Assembly: GCA_951406725.2 (NCBI GenBank)
Contig: OX597815.1
Location: forward strand, 63,922,001 to 63,986,000
DNA length: 64,000 bases
Reading direction: 5' to 3'
Origin: Octopus vulgaris
Lineage: Eukaryota
Shown: in pieces, positions 1-12,064 of the stretch
Layout of the letters: each line of letters starts with the position of its first letter
Numbering within the stretch: position 1 is the stretch's first letter
Notes under the pieces: generated by a model
The model's input: the letters and a program-made list of their open reading frames with translations, nothing else
Told to the model about the DNA's origin: nothing
Databases searched by the model: none
Made by a program: the position numbers and the translations under genes

Positions 1-1231
1 CAATAATAATTGATTCACTTGGTTTTGTGAGTAAATGCCCAAGTGACAATCTAGATAAACAAGGGTTTGTAGAAAAAGAAAAAAAAACAATTAATTCGCA
101 CATTACAAATACAATCAGTACTTGGAATAGTAAAATTATGCAAGACTTTTCAAAAGTCTACGATAAAAGCTTTGTATCTTCGGTAGAAACCAACTTCTTC
201 CTCAGATGAAGGATTGAAATAATTGAACACGGAAGAGAACAAACATAGATATGTCTGTACGTACGTAGGTATGTACGTACGTACGTATGTATGTATGTAT
301 GTATGTATGTATGTATGTATGTATGTATGTATTATGTATGTATGTATGTATGTATGTATGTATATAATAGTGCATGCACTAGAAATAGCAACTAGCATGA
401 AGCTTAACGATAGAACCTCTCGATGGTCTTTTTTGTGCTGCGATACACACACAAACACACACACAGACGTGCGTGTGTGTGTACTGGGTCTTCACGGGCT
501 TTTCCGTGGCAGCAGATAAGACTTACTTTTAGTTTAGTAGCCATGAGCTGGAAATGGAGTTGAATGATAATATATCGTCATAAAAGGCGAGACATGTTTT
601 ATGTTAGACCGAATTCGAACTTTTGTTAATTTATACTTAATACTTTTGATTTTTGATTTCCATTGATTAATTCGGGTGTATTTATTTTATAATTTAGATT
701 TTTCAATTTTTATTTCTATTAAATTATTTGTTATGACTTCTGTTGATTTTGCTCTTTATCAAGTAAATACTAAAAGTAGCATATGGGTATAGAATAAGAA
801 ACTATATGTGATCCAGCAGTGGTCTCAAGGTCATTCACCTGATAACGTGGGAGTACACAACTATTGCTGGACCATGTTTAAGTAATATTTATATAATATG
901 TATAATATGTGAAACACTCAGCAACTAAAAGCAGTAACCAGAGCACAGAAACAATTGTTGTGATTTGAATTAAAGCCTGTTCGTTCCAGCTTGTATTATA
1001 GATTCCTTTTTGTATGAATTCTACGTACAGTAACAAATTTCCATATGTATATCCAATAAGAGAGTATTGCTGCTGTATGATAGCATTTAGTTTCTGTTTA
1101 ATATACATACACACACACGCAAGCGGTAGGTCTGGGGGCGGGCGTGTGAGTGGGGCTGACGCGCGCACACAGAATAACGACATTTCTCTTACGTGTATGG
1201 AAGCAACGATAAGGGATGTGAAAGGTTATTC

Positions 1232-1297
<66 letters not shown>

Positions 1298-1753
1298 TGT
1301 GAATGTGGTTATGTGTGTACGTGCATGCGCGCGCGCGCGTGTGTGTGCTTGTATGTGTGTATTCATGTGCGATAGTTTGTCTAAGTGCGTCTGCTTTCTT
1401 TGTGTGGGCGTACGTACTCCTCCGGGGCGACGAAGACCCGCCAGCAGGAAAGTGATAAGGCGACTTGAAAAAGTAGGCGTATGGAGGTGGGCCGAGGCGT
1501 GTTGCCGCATGGGGTGGTGGAACGTAATTGTATATATGTTGTGAGAGATTGTGTGTGTGTGTGTGTGTGAAAGAGAGAGAGAGAGAGAGAGACTTCATTG
1601 TGAAAGTATATGTATATTCATATAGACGGTGGAGAACAGTGTGAAGCGATGATTTGTCTGGTATGATGGTATCTCAGTTCTCGTGTGTATGTATGTGTAT
1701 GTGTGTGCGTGTACATATGTGTGTATGTAAGTGCGTATTTGTGTTTCTTTGTT

Positions 1754-1792
<39 letters not shown>

Positions 1793-1862
1793 TGCTGGAG
1801 ACCATTGCAAACGCAATACGCGATATATGATACAAGAGCTGTAGATCTGTGTGAGTGAGTGT

Positions 1863-1927
<65 letters not shown>

Positions 1928-2111
1928 AGTTTGTGTGAGTGGCTTTATCTCAGTGCATGCAAATATAAGCACGTCTGACCGTCCCTTAAAATATGTATAT
2001 GTATGTGTAGGTAAAAATGTCTGTATATATACATATGCATGTATGTCTGTCTTTCTGTCTGTCTGTCTGTCTGTCTGTCTGTATGTATGTATGTATGTAT
2101 GTATGTATATA

Positions 2112-3386
2112 CAGGGGTTGGACAAAATAATGGAAACACGTAGCATCATAGTATCATAATTTTGAAATATCTATAAAACCGTCAAAAGCTTGTTTATTTT
2201 AATGTTTTTTGATTTATTATTAGTGTTGTTTCATATGCTTTGCTAAAATTGCTGTTTCTTTTCAGATATCATCAGAAAAAAGTAATTAAAATTCATTAAA
2301 ATGACAGATCTATCGGACTTTCAAAAAGGTCAAATTATTGGTGCTCGTATGGCAGGCGCTAGCGTAACGAAAACAGCCGGAATGTTAAGTGTATCAAGAA
2401 CTATTGTCTCCAAAGTAATGACAGCCTTTCAGAAAGAGGGAAAAACCACCACGTCGAAACAAAATTCCGGAAGAAAAGCAAAACTTTCAGATAGGGACCA
2501 TTGGAATTTTAAGCGAATTGTTAGAAAGGAGCACAAAAGTAGAGCTCCCAAAATTACTGCAGAGTTCACCTCGAGAACCCATTTCCTACAAAAACTGTTC
2601 ACCGGGAGCTGCACAAAGCCAGATTTCATGGGAAGGCTGCAATAAAAAAACCACTACTTCCAAAAACAAACGTTGCAAAGAATTTAGAGTGGAGTAAAAC
2701 CCTACAGAATTGGTTCCCAGAGCAGTGGAAGAATGTTATTTTCTGGGATGAGTCATCATTTACCTTATTTCCGACCACTGGCCGAGTATACGTGTGGAGA
2801 CAGCCAAAAGAAACATTTGACCCAGACTGCCTTCTTCCAACTGTTAAACATGGAGGAGGATCTGTGATGATCAGGGCGAAGGGCTATATCTTGGAAATCC
2901 GCCGGCCCAATGGTTTCTCTTCATGGCAGAATTAATAGCCAAGACTATTTAAGCTTTTTATCTGATCAAATTAATCCTATGGTTGCAGAACTGTTTCCAG
3001 AGGGAAACGCAATCTTTCAGGATGATAATGCACCAATTCACATAGTTAAATTTGTTACTGAATGGCACGAGAAAAATTCTAGTGAATCAAGTTAAACATC
3101 TTATCTGGCAACCACAATCCCCATATCTCGATATTATTGAACATTTATAGTGCATTTTAGAAAAAACAAGTAAGGAGTCGTTATCCTCCAGTATCATCAC
3201 TACAAGAACTGGAGACTGTTTTAGCTAAAGAATGGATAAAAATTCCTTTGGAAGCAATTCAAACTTTGTACGAGTCCAAACCTCGTAGAATTCAAGCTGT
3301 AATTACTGTCAAATGTGGTCCTACACCATATTAAAATAAATTTGTTTGAAATTTTAAGGTGTTTCCATTATTTTGTCCAACCACTG
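2112..3386 (+). mobile_element. Tc1-like DNA transposon, full length, defective
   Basis: 28-bp TIRs: CAGGGGTTGGACAAAATAATGGAAACAC (2112-2139) and GTGTTTCCATTATTTTGTCCAACCACTG (3359-3386), 27/28 match. TA on both flanks. Confidence 0.95.
2301..3334 (+). pseudogene. Tc1-family DDE transposase, frameshifted
   Basis: N-terminal HTH (LSDFQKGQIIGARMAG), then VIFWDES, FQDDNAPIH, WQPQSPYLDIIEHL and C-terminal KCGPTPY*, spread over several frames with stops. Confidence 0.92.
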
Positions 3387-3564
3387 TACATGTATATACA
3401 TGTATATATATATATATATATCAAGGACGTGCCACCTGGAGAGACAAAGTAGGCAGCGCCCACTCTGAATAAAACAGATCGATAGTAACATTTTCCTTTT
3501 ATGGCAAAATATGCACCAAATTCAATAAAATTATGAAGGTTACTCTGATTACTATGCATAAAAT

Positions 3565-3649
<85 letters not shown>

Positions 3650-3744
3650 GTTAAAGAGTGAGGAAAAGTAAGCAGTTAGGCAATGCAGGACAAGTGCATT
3701 TGATTTCATTTAATTCAGTCTAAAGTTTTAGCTATATATATATA

Positions 3745-4183
3745 TATTCAGTTGAATATGGTACTTAAGTTAAAGGTACTAGAATTTGGTATGATATCAT
3801 CCATATAAATCAAAATGGGGTGATTATAATCAAAATAAGCAACAAGGATATCCAAAGGTAGTGCAGTATAATCGTTTCATGCGACTTCATTTAATTAAAC
3901 AATGCAAGTATTACATCAGTTTTAAAATGTAGAGCAATCTTCAGCTGCATATGGAATTTTTTAGTTAAATTGAAAAGATTCATTTTTACTTTTTTTTTCA
4001 TTTTTATAATGAATAAGTATAAAAATGAATCCTTTCAATTTAACTAAAAAATTCCATATGCAGCAGAAGATTGCTCTACATTTTAAAACTGATGTAATAC
4101 TCGCATTGTTTAATTAAATGAAGTCGCATGAAACGATTATACTGCACTACCATTGGATATCCTTGTTGCTTATTTTGATTATA
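3745..4183 (-). mobile_element. Non-coding fold-back element, Penelope pLTR-like, with HHR motif
   Basis: About 164-bp inverted arms at 3825-3988 and 4020-4183. About 80-bp unpaired extension on the left. TA runs at both ends. Confidence 0.7.
3862..3949 (-). ncRNA. Type I hammerhead ribozyme motif (mirror copy at 4059-4146 on +, core mutated to CAGAAGA)
   Basis: TGCAG-CTGAAGA-TTGC...GCAT-GAAAC-GATT-ATA-CTGCA: stem I TGCAG/CTGCA, conserved core boxes, imperfect stems II and III. Confidence 0.65.
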
Positions 4184-4193
4184 TATATATATA

Positions 4194-4524
4194 TTCGGTG
4201 CGAATGGTTTTGTTTAGCGGTGTCGAGTTTTACAAATCTGTGAATAATGATAATGGTATTCTTTATAAAATTAAAGCTTATAGCGATAACCGTGCAAATG
4301 ACTAAGGAAAAATAGTCTAATAATGGGGCATATAAGCGCTCGACAGAAAAAAAAGTAGACGTTCTCGTACGCGTGGGACACGAGCCCAACTTCCTTTGTT
4401 GACGCGGATAAGTGTATTACCGATTACACCAGCGAACCAGCGTACTCCTTTACGTCAAATTTAAGAACTATATTAGTTCGTAGTTGTTTTTGTAAACAAA
4501 CTTTATGAGCTTTCGGTGCGAATG
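4194..4524 (-). mobile_element. tRNA-related short element bounded by 13-bp direct repeats
   Basis: TTCGGTGCGAATG at 4194-4206 and 4512-4524. Minus strand at about 4355-4440 has an A-box-like TGGTGTAATCGG and a B-box-like GGGCTCGTGTCCC. Confidence 0.4.
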
Positions 4525-4883
4525 ATGCATGAATATATATATACGATTATAATATAATTATGCCGGAGACTCTTCAGAAGAAAATTGTAGAAAACTGCAA
4601 AATAATGCTAATACTTTACCAAAATCAAACGGAATATGATCATAAAAAGAAAAAAACGTTTTCCGAGTAGTTGAACGGGTAGAAGATAGTTAACTTGTGG
4701 GGTGATCGTCTGTGGTTTGGAGGGGAGTGATGACAGCGATTGAAGAAGTTTCGGAGTGTGGAAAATATTTAGATTAGGAGGATGAAATATGATGGTGTGT
4801 AAAAATAAAGATGTAAGAATAAATTTGTGAATGAGGTAGTGCGTGTGAATGAGCATGCGTATGTATGCATATATATATATATT

Positions 4884-4918
<35 letters not shown>

Positions 4919-4923
4919 ATTTC

Positions 4924-4982
<59 letters not shown>

Positions 4983-5071
4983 CGGGGGTGTAAGAAAATT
5001 TAGCGACTCGGAATGAGTGCAAGAAAGAGAGGAATGGGATTTGAAAGAATGAAAAAAAAAAAATAATGATG

Positions 5072-5230
5072 ATTTCAAAACTCTGGAACTAGGCCCAGTT
5101 TTCAGCGAGTAATTATTTTATCGACCCCGAAAGGAGAAAGCAAAGTCGACTTCGGCGGAATTTGAACTCAGAAAGTAAGGATGGACGAAATGTCGGTCGG
5201 CATTCAAACGTTTCTTCCAGCTCGCCGCCT
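5072..5230 (-). mobile_element. SINE family B (tRNA-derived), degenerate
   Basis: Reverse complement of GGCGGCGAGCTGG...GAGTTCAAATTCCGCCGAAGTCGACTTTGC...CTTTCGGGGTCGATAAA. Matches more than 10 other copies in the window. Confidence 0.85.
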
Positions 5231-5462
5231 ATGAAAGGATTATAAGATTGCGAATGAAGAACGAAAAACAAAATGAAAGAATAGAGGAGAAAGTCAGAAA
5301 CGAAGGAAGACAGCTAGAAAGAAAGGAATTAAGGAAGAGAGAACGAAGGAAGAAAGAAAGAGAAAGAAGTTGAGGAAGAAACGGAGAACAGCCAGAAAGG
5401 AAATTAAAGATTGAGTAAGTAATGTAGAGAAAGAGTGAAAGAAATATTTGTGGCTGTATATA

Positions 5463-5881
5463 GGAGCAGGAGTGGCTGTGTGGTAAATAGCTTGGTTACC
5501 AACCACATGGTTCCGGGTTCAATGAAACGATTGTACTGCACTACCTTTGAATATCCTTGGCACCTTGGGGAAGTGTCTTGTACTATAGCCTCGGGCCGAC
5601 CAAAGCCTTGTGAGTGGATTTGGTAGACGGAAACTGGAAGAAGCCCGTCGTATGTGTGTGTGTATATGTTTGTGTGTGTGTTTGTCCCCACCCCCCAACA
5701 TCGCTTGACAATCGATGCTGGTGTGTTTACGTTCCCGTAACTTAGCGGTTCGACAAAATAAACCGATAGAATAAGTACTAAGCTTACAAAGAATAAGTCC
5801 TGGGGTCGATTTGCTCGACTAAAGGCGGTGCTCCAGCATGGCCACAGTCAAATGACTGAAACAAGTAAAAGAGTAAAGAGT
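5463..5881 (+). mobile_element. SINE family A (tRNA-derived, about 400 bp), full length
   Basis: Head GG(A)GCAGGAGTGGCTGTGTGGTAA...GGTTCCGGGTTCA, internal (TG)n, tail CCAGCATGGCCACAGTCAAATGACTGAAACAAGTAAAAGAG. Near-identical to 36028-36426. Confidence 0.9.
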
Positions 5882-6039
5882 AAATAGCGAGTAGGAAACA
5901 GAAGAATAGAGTACATGAGAGAGGGAAATGTTAAGAAAGAAAAGATGTAATGGAGAATGAAGGAGTGCGATATGAGGGACAGAAATAGAAGTGAAGGAGT
6001 AATAGAGAGAGAGGGGGTGGGAAAGTGAGCGGGAGAGAG

Positions 6040-6635
6040 AGAAACATTACTAGAGGAAGTAAAGGAGCAACAGAAAAAGAGAAAGAGAAAAAGTATTACT
6101 TCAAAAAGTGAGGGAGTAAAAGAAGAAATAAGAGAAGCATTACTAGACGAAGTAAGGGAGTCAGAGAGAGAGGGGGTAGAAGGGATATGAGAGTAAAGTA
6201 TTACTAAAAGAAATAAGGCAGTAGGAAAGAGAGAGAGAGAGAGATTGAGAGATTGAGAGAGAAGTATTACGATAAGCAGTAGGGATTAAGAGAGAGAGAA
6301 AGAGAGAGAGAAGCATTACTAAAAGAAGTAAGGGAGGAAGAGAGTGAGCGAAAGAGAGAAAGCATTACTAAAGGAGGTAAGGGAGTAAGAGAGAAAGAGT
6401 GAGAGAAGCATTTCTAAAAGAAGTATGGGAGTGTGTGAGAGAAAGAGAGGGGGAGAGAAGCATTACTAAAAAATAAGAGACTAAGCAAGAGAGAGAGAGA
6501 GAGAGAGAGAGAGAGTAAGAGAGAGAAGAATTACTAAAAGAAGGAAGGTAGTGTGTATGTGTGTGTGTGTGTGTGTGAGAGAGGAAGAGAGAAAGAGAGA
6601 TAAATGCATTAGTCGAAGAAGAAGGGAGTAACAGT
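6040..6635. repeat. Purine-rich minisatellite, about 11 degenerate units
   Basis: Recurrent core AGCATTACTAAAAGAAGTAAGGGAGT separated by variable (GA)-rich spacers. Confidence 0.75.
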
Positions 6636-6659
6636 GAGATATAGAATTTTGGTAGATAG

Positions 6660-7940
6660 GGTTTGAAATATGGAATGGTGTATGTTTGGGTGTGTGTGTG
6701 TGTAAGAGGGGGAGGTTTGATAGAAGTGTTGATGTTAGGGCTAATTTGTGCAGTTATCGACGATGGGGTGGTGGAGGTGAGGAAAGAGTTAGAGAATACG
6801 GTGATGATGGCGGTGGTGTTAGTGTTGACAATGGTGACGGTAGAGTCGCAGGTGGCGTGTGTGGTGGGGATGATGCTGTTGAAGTGGTGGAGTTGTGGGT
6901 GACTGTGAGTGGTAGAACTGGCGGTAATTTGGGGGTGATGGGGGCGCTGTAGTAGTGGTGGTAGTGGTCTTGTTGGTGACAGTGTTGGCGGTGGGGGTGG
7001 TGAAGTTGATGGTGATGATAGTGGCTGTGGTGGTGGTGGTGGTGGTTTTGGTCGTAGTGGTGGTGTTGGTCGTGGTGGTGGTGATGGTGTTGATTGTCGT
7101 AGTAGTGGTGATGGTGGTAGTAGTCTAATTACTTTAGGCTGTCTTAATTTTTTGAGGGTGTTTGTGGTGACTGTTGTGGCGGTTGTAGTAGTAATGGTGG
7201 TGTTGCCGTTATTGTCGTGTCGTCGTTGTAGATATACAGTCGACCAGACGACTCATTTGGTGATGGCGGTTACAGGTGGTGCTGGTATTGTTGTTGTTTT
7301 AGGTGGTGGTGGTGATCGTCGTCGTAGTGTCTGTGGCGGTAGTACCAGATAAACAACCGTCGTGGTGGTAGTGAGAGTGCCGTGGTAGTAGTAAGAGTGC
7401 CGTGGTGGTAGTGGTGGTGGTGGTGGTAGCTATTCTGATAGAACTTCTGGTTGACGGCTTGTAAGGAAGAGGGGGTAAACTAAGGGTGTGGCTAGAAGCA
7501 GCAGTAGTAGTAGCAACGATAGTGGTGTTGTGGCGATCAAAGTACGATAGGAGGGTGTGGTAGAGGCAGAAGTATATTTAAGAGAGTGGCATGGTGCCTG
7601 TCGCGGTAAAGCTGATAAGGATGTAGCGGCGGCGGCGGAGGTGGTAGTGGGGGTAGTGGTGATGGTGGTGCTGATGGATGTTGAAGGTTGTGATATAGTT
7701 TGCTTAAGAAATTGTGTCATAGTGGTGGCGGCGGTTTGGTGGCAGTGTTGTTGTTGTTGGTGGTGGTTATATCACCGGTTGTTGATATGTTTTGTAAGGT
7801 TTCGGTTACAGTAAAGGAGTGTTCTGTCGTCTGCGTTGGTTGTAGTGTTAAGGCGATGATGCTGCGTTGATGGTAGTATTACACTGAATATAGTTTTGAT
7901 GGTATGGAAGCGGTTGTAGTTGTTGTTACGGCTGTTTTAG
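6660..7940. repeat. G/T-rich low-complexity (GGT/GAT/GTT)n region
   Basis: Degenerate GGT/GTT/GAT triplets. The Val-rich ORFs here are artefacts. Confidence 0.8.
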
Positions 7941-8000
7941 TTGTCTTTGAGCCTCAGATCAACCTTGGTTGTGTACACCTCTGTAACTATTGTACATTAA

Positions 8001-8200
8001 CCATTTAGCATTTAAACCAGCCATATTAGGCTTAAATATTCTATCTGTTTTATGTTCAAGCTAAACAGATCCGGCCTCTCACACTTATTCCTCAATGTCA
8101 TCCTATGAAATCTCAAAGCTTTGAGATAATACATAATGAATTCAAAACAATGTGAATAAATATGCATAGCATTTGACAGAATAATCTGAATGCTAAAGGA
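8001..8200. mobile_element. TTAA-flanked (piggyBac-like) MITE
   Basis: TTAA-CCATTTAGCATT ... AATGCTAAAGGA-TTAA: short TIRs, TTAA on both flanks, 200 bp, no ORF. Confidence 0.75.
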
Positions 8201-8654
8201 TTAAAGACATTCCTGCGGTGACCATTTTGTTGTTTTTTTTCATGGAAAGAACACACAACTCAACAGGGATCTTTTCTGTTTGGAACACTGGATCCGATTT
8301 CTGGATATTTCTGCACAGATGTAGTTTTTTTATAGTAATTATGGAAAACAAACATGTTTTGGAAAAATTGATAATAAAACAGTTTAGAAGAATTAAAAGT
8401 TTATTTTTAAGTTTCAGTTAATCAAATGCAACAATTTCGATATGCCGGATGTCGGGATTGTTCACTATATAAGAATGATAGTAAGAGAAAGATACTGCCA
8501 ATTCTCTCTTTATCTCTGATTATCTCCCCTGATGACCACACGCTTTGGGCATAGCAAAGACTGGATCATAAATAACTGGTCTCGCTCTTCAACAGCGAGT
8601 GACCCTTTCAAAAGAGAAATCTAAAATAGTTGTACTGATGTCACACCTACTGGC

Positions 8655-8655
<1 letters not shown>

Positions 8656-8685
<30 letters not shown>

Positions 8686-8718
8686 GAGATAGATATATAG
8701 ATAGATAGATAGATAGAT
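8656..8718. repeat. (GATA)n microsatellite at the LINE 3' junction
   Basis: Direct reading. Confidence 0.95.
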
Positions 8719-11700
8719 ATGTTTCTTTATTAGCCACACAGGGCTGCACACAGATAGAACAAATTACAAGGTAGAGCTTTTCTTTTGAAGGTTTAAAAAA
8801 AAAAAAAAAAAGGAAGGGGGAGTTTCGATCAAAAGGGATCGTAAAAGGAGAGAAAGAGGACAAAAAAAGGGGGGTTAAAAAAAGGGGGAGAAAAAAAAAA
8901 AAAAATTGATCAATAGGGATCGTTATCACAGAAATGTCAATATGAAGTGTAAAGGGGAGGACAGGTGAGGTTTACCCGTGGAAAGAAAAGCCTACGGAAA
9001 AGACCACGGTAACCTCGGTCAATGGAGTCACATGTTATATTTCTTTTTTTTTTTTTTGCGAATAAGCAACTCTCTGTTTTCAATTTCTGGGTTCATAGGA
9101 TCATGCTCAAGGTGGCTTCGTCATTCATACGTGCCATTCTTGCTACATTCACCCATCTTTTTTTAAAACATTCGCTAGACAAAACTTGCCTCTCTACTCT
9201 CACTTTCCTTTTCGAGTGGTACTTGAAGAAGTTGATGAGAGATTGACCAGAGAGGAAAGTGTTTGTCTCCAATCCTTTCAGACGCGTCCACCAGATACAT
9301 TCCTTCGCCATAGCCACAAGGATGATGAAAATAGCTCTTCCTTCCCGTTTGAAGGAGGGAGGCGTGGCAATATTGACGATAGACTCAGCTGATAAACCGA
9401 CTCGTCCCACACGTGACAGCAGTTGTTCGACATAAGCCCACAGGTCGGAAATTGTTGGACACTGCACGAGTGCGTGCAGAACGGTTTCGTCGCTCTGACC
9501 GCATCTCGGGCAGGTCGGCCCCGTGTTTCTCGAGCCGTGTCTGTAGAGCTTATCCCGAACGGGTAGCGCTTCTCGGTAGCACTGCCAGGCCAGGGATCTC
9601 TGGAAGTTGTCCATGGGCCCTGGCCCGAAAGTCGTCCTGAACAGGCGGGTCAGGTACTCCTCGTCGACGTCCAGGTTCGCCCCGAGCTCGTCGTCGTACC
9701 TCCCCTCCACTAAACCCCTATAGAATGCTTTGGTTGTGTTGAAGTCACTCAAGGTCGACCCAGGACGGCAGAGTTGCTTGAGAGCAACGCGACACTCGCG
9801 GTGCCATTCGCCCTTCTTCGGCCTCTTTTTGATCCACGACTGCAGTTCGGTCATGGAGACGAGCTGCGGGAAAGCGTGCCTCACAAACGGCGACCACACC
9901 TGTTCACCGTCGTCTACATAGAGCCAGAGATGTCGCAGTCTCAGCGCGTGTCTGCGCATCATCAACCACGGCATGCCCAGCTCTCCTTTTAACGGGTGTT
10001 GACAGCAAATGGATCGCCTGGCCATCGGGACGCATCCTTTCCACAAGAAGCGAAAGAGAATGCGTTGTAGTTTGGTGATGGTAGGGTCGGGACAAGGTAC
10101 GACGGTCAGGCGGTAGTAGATGACGGACGCGATGTACGTGTTCGCCACCTCCGCCCAACCTTTTAGGGATAGTTTCCTCTCGGCCCATTGCCGGGCGAGA
10201 GTGACCACCCTACTCGTTATCTCGTTCCAGTTCTTCTCCACTTGGAGGTCTGGACCAAATCAGACCCCGAGCAACTCAACCGGGCCGTCGGTCCAGCGTC
10301 CCACGACGGAGGCACTGGTGGACGGCATGGGCTTGCTTCTCCAGGTGCCTAGTCGCAAGCCCACTGACTTTTCCCGGTTGATTTTCGCTCCTGTCACCGC
10401 TTCGTAGTTTTTCAGTGTATGCAGACACGCTCGTCCCGCATCCCAGTTCTCGCGGGATGCCTCTCAAGGTTGCCAGCTTCCGCAATAATGGCTCGAGAGT
10501 CAATACGTACAGAAGCGACGAGAGGGGGCATCCCTGACGGACCGAACGTGCGATGTCGAAGGGTCTCGATAGATGTCCATTCACGCGAATTACCGAACGG
10601 ATGCCTCTGTACAAAGCGGCTATCCAGCCGCGGAAGACGGGACCGAAGCCAGCCGCTCCGAGGACCGCCTCCAAGTATCGATGGTCCACCCTATCGAAAG
10701 CTTTCGATTGATCCAAATTGATCAGCGCCCCACCCATGCCTGGTTCGTTAACTACCCTGTCTATGATGTAGCGCATCAGGTGGAGGTTGTCATGGATGGT
10801 CCGGCCTGGCACGGCGCATGTTTGCGCCCTGTCGACCAGTTTCTCGATGACAAGCGCCAAGCTCTTGGCTAGCACCTTGGCCAAAATTTTCAAGTCTGCA
10901 TTAAGCAGAGTGATGGGCCTAAAGTTATCTATTACATTTCCCTTGTTTAGACCTTTCTTCAGCAGTGTTACGGCTCCTCGGCTCACAAAACCAGGAATGC
11001 TCCCGTTTTGCTGCCAGTTGCAGTACACCGCCGCCAAGAGATCTCCAAACAAGTCTGGCATACAATTGTAAAGCTCGTAGGGTAGACCATCCAAACCCGG
11101 TGATTTGTCCCCCGAGCATTCTGCCATCGCTTCCTGCACTTCCGCCGCCGTGATGGCACCTTCGCAGCACCCTGCCTTTCTTGTCGAGAGTCGTGGTAGG
11201 CTATGTAGGTAGGCACTGAAGTCCACCCTACGTTCTTGCCCTCCACTCGTTCCGAACAGTCGGGCAAAATGCTGCTGAAAGGCCTCACACATTTTACTTG
11301 GCTCGAGCAATTCGCGCCCCTGTTCATCTACCAGGGACCGAATGGTGGCTTTGTTGCCCTGTTGCGCCTCTGCCACCCGGGCCTCTCTCGCGGCTCCAAC
11401 ACCTTCGTTCCTTAGAGCACGCATCCTAGCTCTGACAGCACATCCTTCGTGTTTGGCGTTGAAGTGTTGGTCGAGGGCCAACCTCGCCGCCAAAACGTCG
11501 GATGCAATGCCGCTTCTAATTGCCTCTTCTAGCTTCTTAACTAGCTCACCCTCTACTCTATTTCTATCTATGGCTAGTGCTTTGCTGTACCTAATCGCTT
11601 CTGCTTTTACTGCTCTCTTGAGGGCAAACCACCATTTGTTGTTGATGATGGCTCCCGTCAAAGCCCTCTTTACTAGTGTGCTAATCCGGTCTCTGAAAAC

Positions 11701-11946
11701 CTGTCTCGATGGGAAAGACGCGTTTAGTTTCCAGTATCCGGGACCCTGCCTAAGTGTCTTACCTAAGTCTAGCGTACATGTCACAAGTTTGTGATCCGTG
11801 TAGCTGACTATGTGGAATTGTGGACATCCTATGCTATCTCTGTCTACTGTCCTACACAGTATCCTATCTAGATACGATCTCGACGACCCGATGCGGTTGC
11901 TCTATGTCCACGTTGGCGCATTCGGGTGGTCTAGTCGGAACCTGTC
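8719..11946 (-). mobile_element. L1/Tx1-like non-LTR retrotransposon, 5'-truncated within the AP endonuclease
   Basis: Minus strand reads APE C-terminus (SRSYLDRIL...YTDHKLV), linker (GPGYWKLN), RT (KSPGLDGL, NFRPITLLNADLKILAK, LDQSKAFDRVDH, VRQGCPLS), CCHC finger (CPRCGQSDETVLHALVQC), and a 3' UTR ending AATAAAGAAACAT. Confidence 0.93.
9093..11946 (-). pseudogene. LINE ORF2 (APE remnant, RT, zinc finger), disrupted
   Basis: Track ORFs 10276-11784 and 9093-10241 are pieces of one ORF. It is broken by a deletion at about 10416/10417 that removes ADD of YADD, and by an in-frame TAG at 11902-11904. Confidence 0.9.

Positions 11947-12064
<118 letters not shown>

Noticed and set aside
140-215. 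HHR-like CTGAGGA...GAAAAGTC on the minus strand
   Set aside because: No stem I pairing and no usable stem III. It cannot be distinguished from chance.
6040-6635. CRISPR-like repeat-spacer pattern
   Set aside because: Repeats are degenerate and non-palindromic, spacers are low-complexity GA of variable length, the context is eukaryotic, and there are no cas genes.
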